A stretch of DNA of 64,000 nt from Malacoraja senta. Lineage: Eukaryota. Shown piece after piece: positions 62,959 to 64,000 of the stretch (positions are counted from its first letter, which is position 1; the number at the start of each line of letters is the position of its first letter). The position numbers and the translations under genes were made by a program. The stretch is from NCBI GenBank assembly GCA_038087875.1, contig JAXLNO010004868.1, forward strand, positions 62,001 through 126,000, in the 5' to 3' direction. The notes beneath the pieces were generated by a model. The model was not told where the DNA came from, did not search any database, and worked only from the letters and a program-made list of their open reading frames with translations.

Positions 62959-63639
62959 TGCCTGGAAATATAACGTCCTTCGTTTGCAGAACAAACAACC
63001 TCAGAATAAGTAAAACTTACCTGGAGAGTCCTTTTAAACTTACCGCTGTAGGAGCCACGTGCCTACCAGCTGGTTGCTGCGCCATGCGTTAGACGATATG
63101 ACGCGCATGCGGGCTGGCGGGTTCTTCACATAGTCACTCACGTGACTCCGAAGTAAAATCCACGGTAAATTTCATCCTCATATCATTTTTTCTACAATGA
63201 AAATACTGAACTTTGCCATTATTGCCTTTCTATTTCTAATACGATTTGATTTGTTTGTTCTGGAACATTCGGCAACATTAAGTGCGACTTAAACTACCTT
63301 CACTGTACTGATACGAAAACTGTATTCATTGTCTCAGTCATATTCTGTAAACTGTTGGTGTAGCAGTAAATAACAACTTTGAAATTAATTTTACACAGTT
63401 CATTTAAAAAGGATAAGTTCTGTATAGCAGAAATTATGGTAGTTTGATATGAATCACTACTTTGCTGATGTGAGCTTCTTGATAAGGATTGCAATATCTT
63501 TATGAATAATGAACGCAGGAGGCATGTCCTTAAGGGGGAGGGGTGGGGGCAAGTTGACATGAAAATAGAGCCAAGGTATTCTTCAGGAATAATTCACCCT
63601 TCACCAAGGAGCAACGCCATAACCTGACAAGATATGTTA

Positions 63640-64000
63640 CGGTAAGTGTTCTATCGCTGTGAACTGCACCTTACTTTTGCTGACACCCACCACAACCAGC
63701 TTGTCATGGCCGTCCGAAGGGGGTGCGTTGGGTGCGCTCGCACCCCCCTTCTTTTCCCCAGAGTAAGAAAAAATCCCAAGGAAAAAAAAAATTTGGAGAG
63801 CAATCAGTGTTTCCACTTTGACGAAAATTGCCCGAAATTCTGGTTCCGGCCCGCTGGATGATTTGGGAGAAAAAAATGCGAACATTCGCGCCTGCGCAGT
63901 TGTGGAAAGCCAGTGACGCATAGCGACGCAAAATGACGCCATCTCTCCGCGTGTGCGCAGTGGGCCCATGGCGGGATCAAAGCACCATTTGCACTCCACA
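63640..64000. promoter_or_regulatory. Edge of a CpG-island promoter; possible + strand start codon at 63968 (MAGSKHHLHST...)
   Basis: Dense CpG; NRF1-type GCGCCTGCGCA at 63888-63898; TGACGC half-CRE at 63914 and 63934; YY1-type CGCCATCT and CCATGGCGG. Confidence 0.65.

Larger units (their letters stand above)
58333..63158 (-). mobile_element. DIRS1-like tyrosine-recombinase retrotransposon, complete termini, decayed ORFs
   Basis: ITRs 58411-58441 and 63099-63129; ICR 58557-58668 complementary to both outer ends (58333-58413 and 63124-63158), joined at TTTT; gag, RT/RH/MT and YR present. Confidence 0.95.

Noticed and set aside
63300-63999. Minus-strand ORFs of 86 and 120 aa near the window end
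   Set aside because: No recognisable homology or consistent coding exon chain; kept only as possible non-coding exons.

Overview
Repeat-dense vertebrate genomic DNA. The repeat content (HE1-like V-SINEs, CR1, Rex1/Babar, Penelope-like, DIRS) points to a cartilaginous fish such as a skate, ray or shark; this is inference. One host protein-coding gene can be built completely: a minus-strand cytosolic sulfotransferase of SULT2/SULT3-type architecture, with 6 coding exons (20257 to 4551), GT-AG introns, consistent phases and 284 aa. Two of its exons are missing from the ORF track. Most of the rest is transposon-derived. A 15-kb nested cluster (26.5-41.4 kb) consists of an old Rex1 LINE that received a Mag-type Gypsy LTR element and a long CR1; the Gypsy in turn holds a full-length Rex1 (itself carrying a CR1 fragment and a Harbinger transposon) and a Penelope terminal hairpin. 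Also present are a young inverted Penelope-like insertion with a 14-bp TSD, recurrent ~100-bp hammerhead-like Penelope terminal modules, a canonical non-autonomous Helitron carrying 30-bp and 64/69-bp tandem arrays, a structurally complete but decayed DIRS1-like element, hAT and Tigger fossils, a 200-N gap and two CpG-rich promoter-like regions (~48.0-48.9 kb and the window end). I see no CRISPR array, rRNA or genuine tRNA gene. I found no clearly new biological system; the best leads are the ribozyme-like mini-insertions, the SULT function and first-exon question, and some unusual transposon architectures. Coordinates were read by eye and TE boundaries without a stated junction are approximate.
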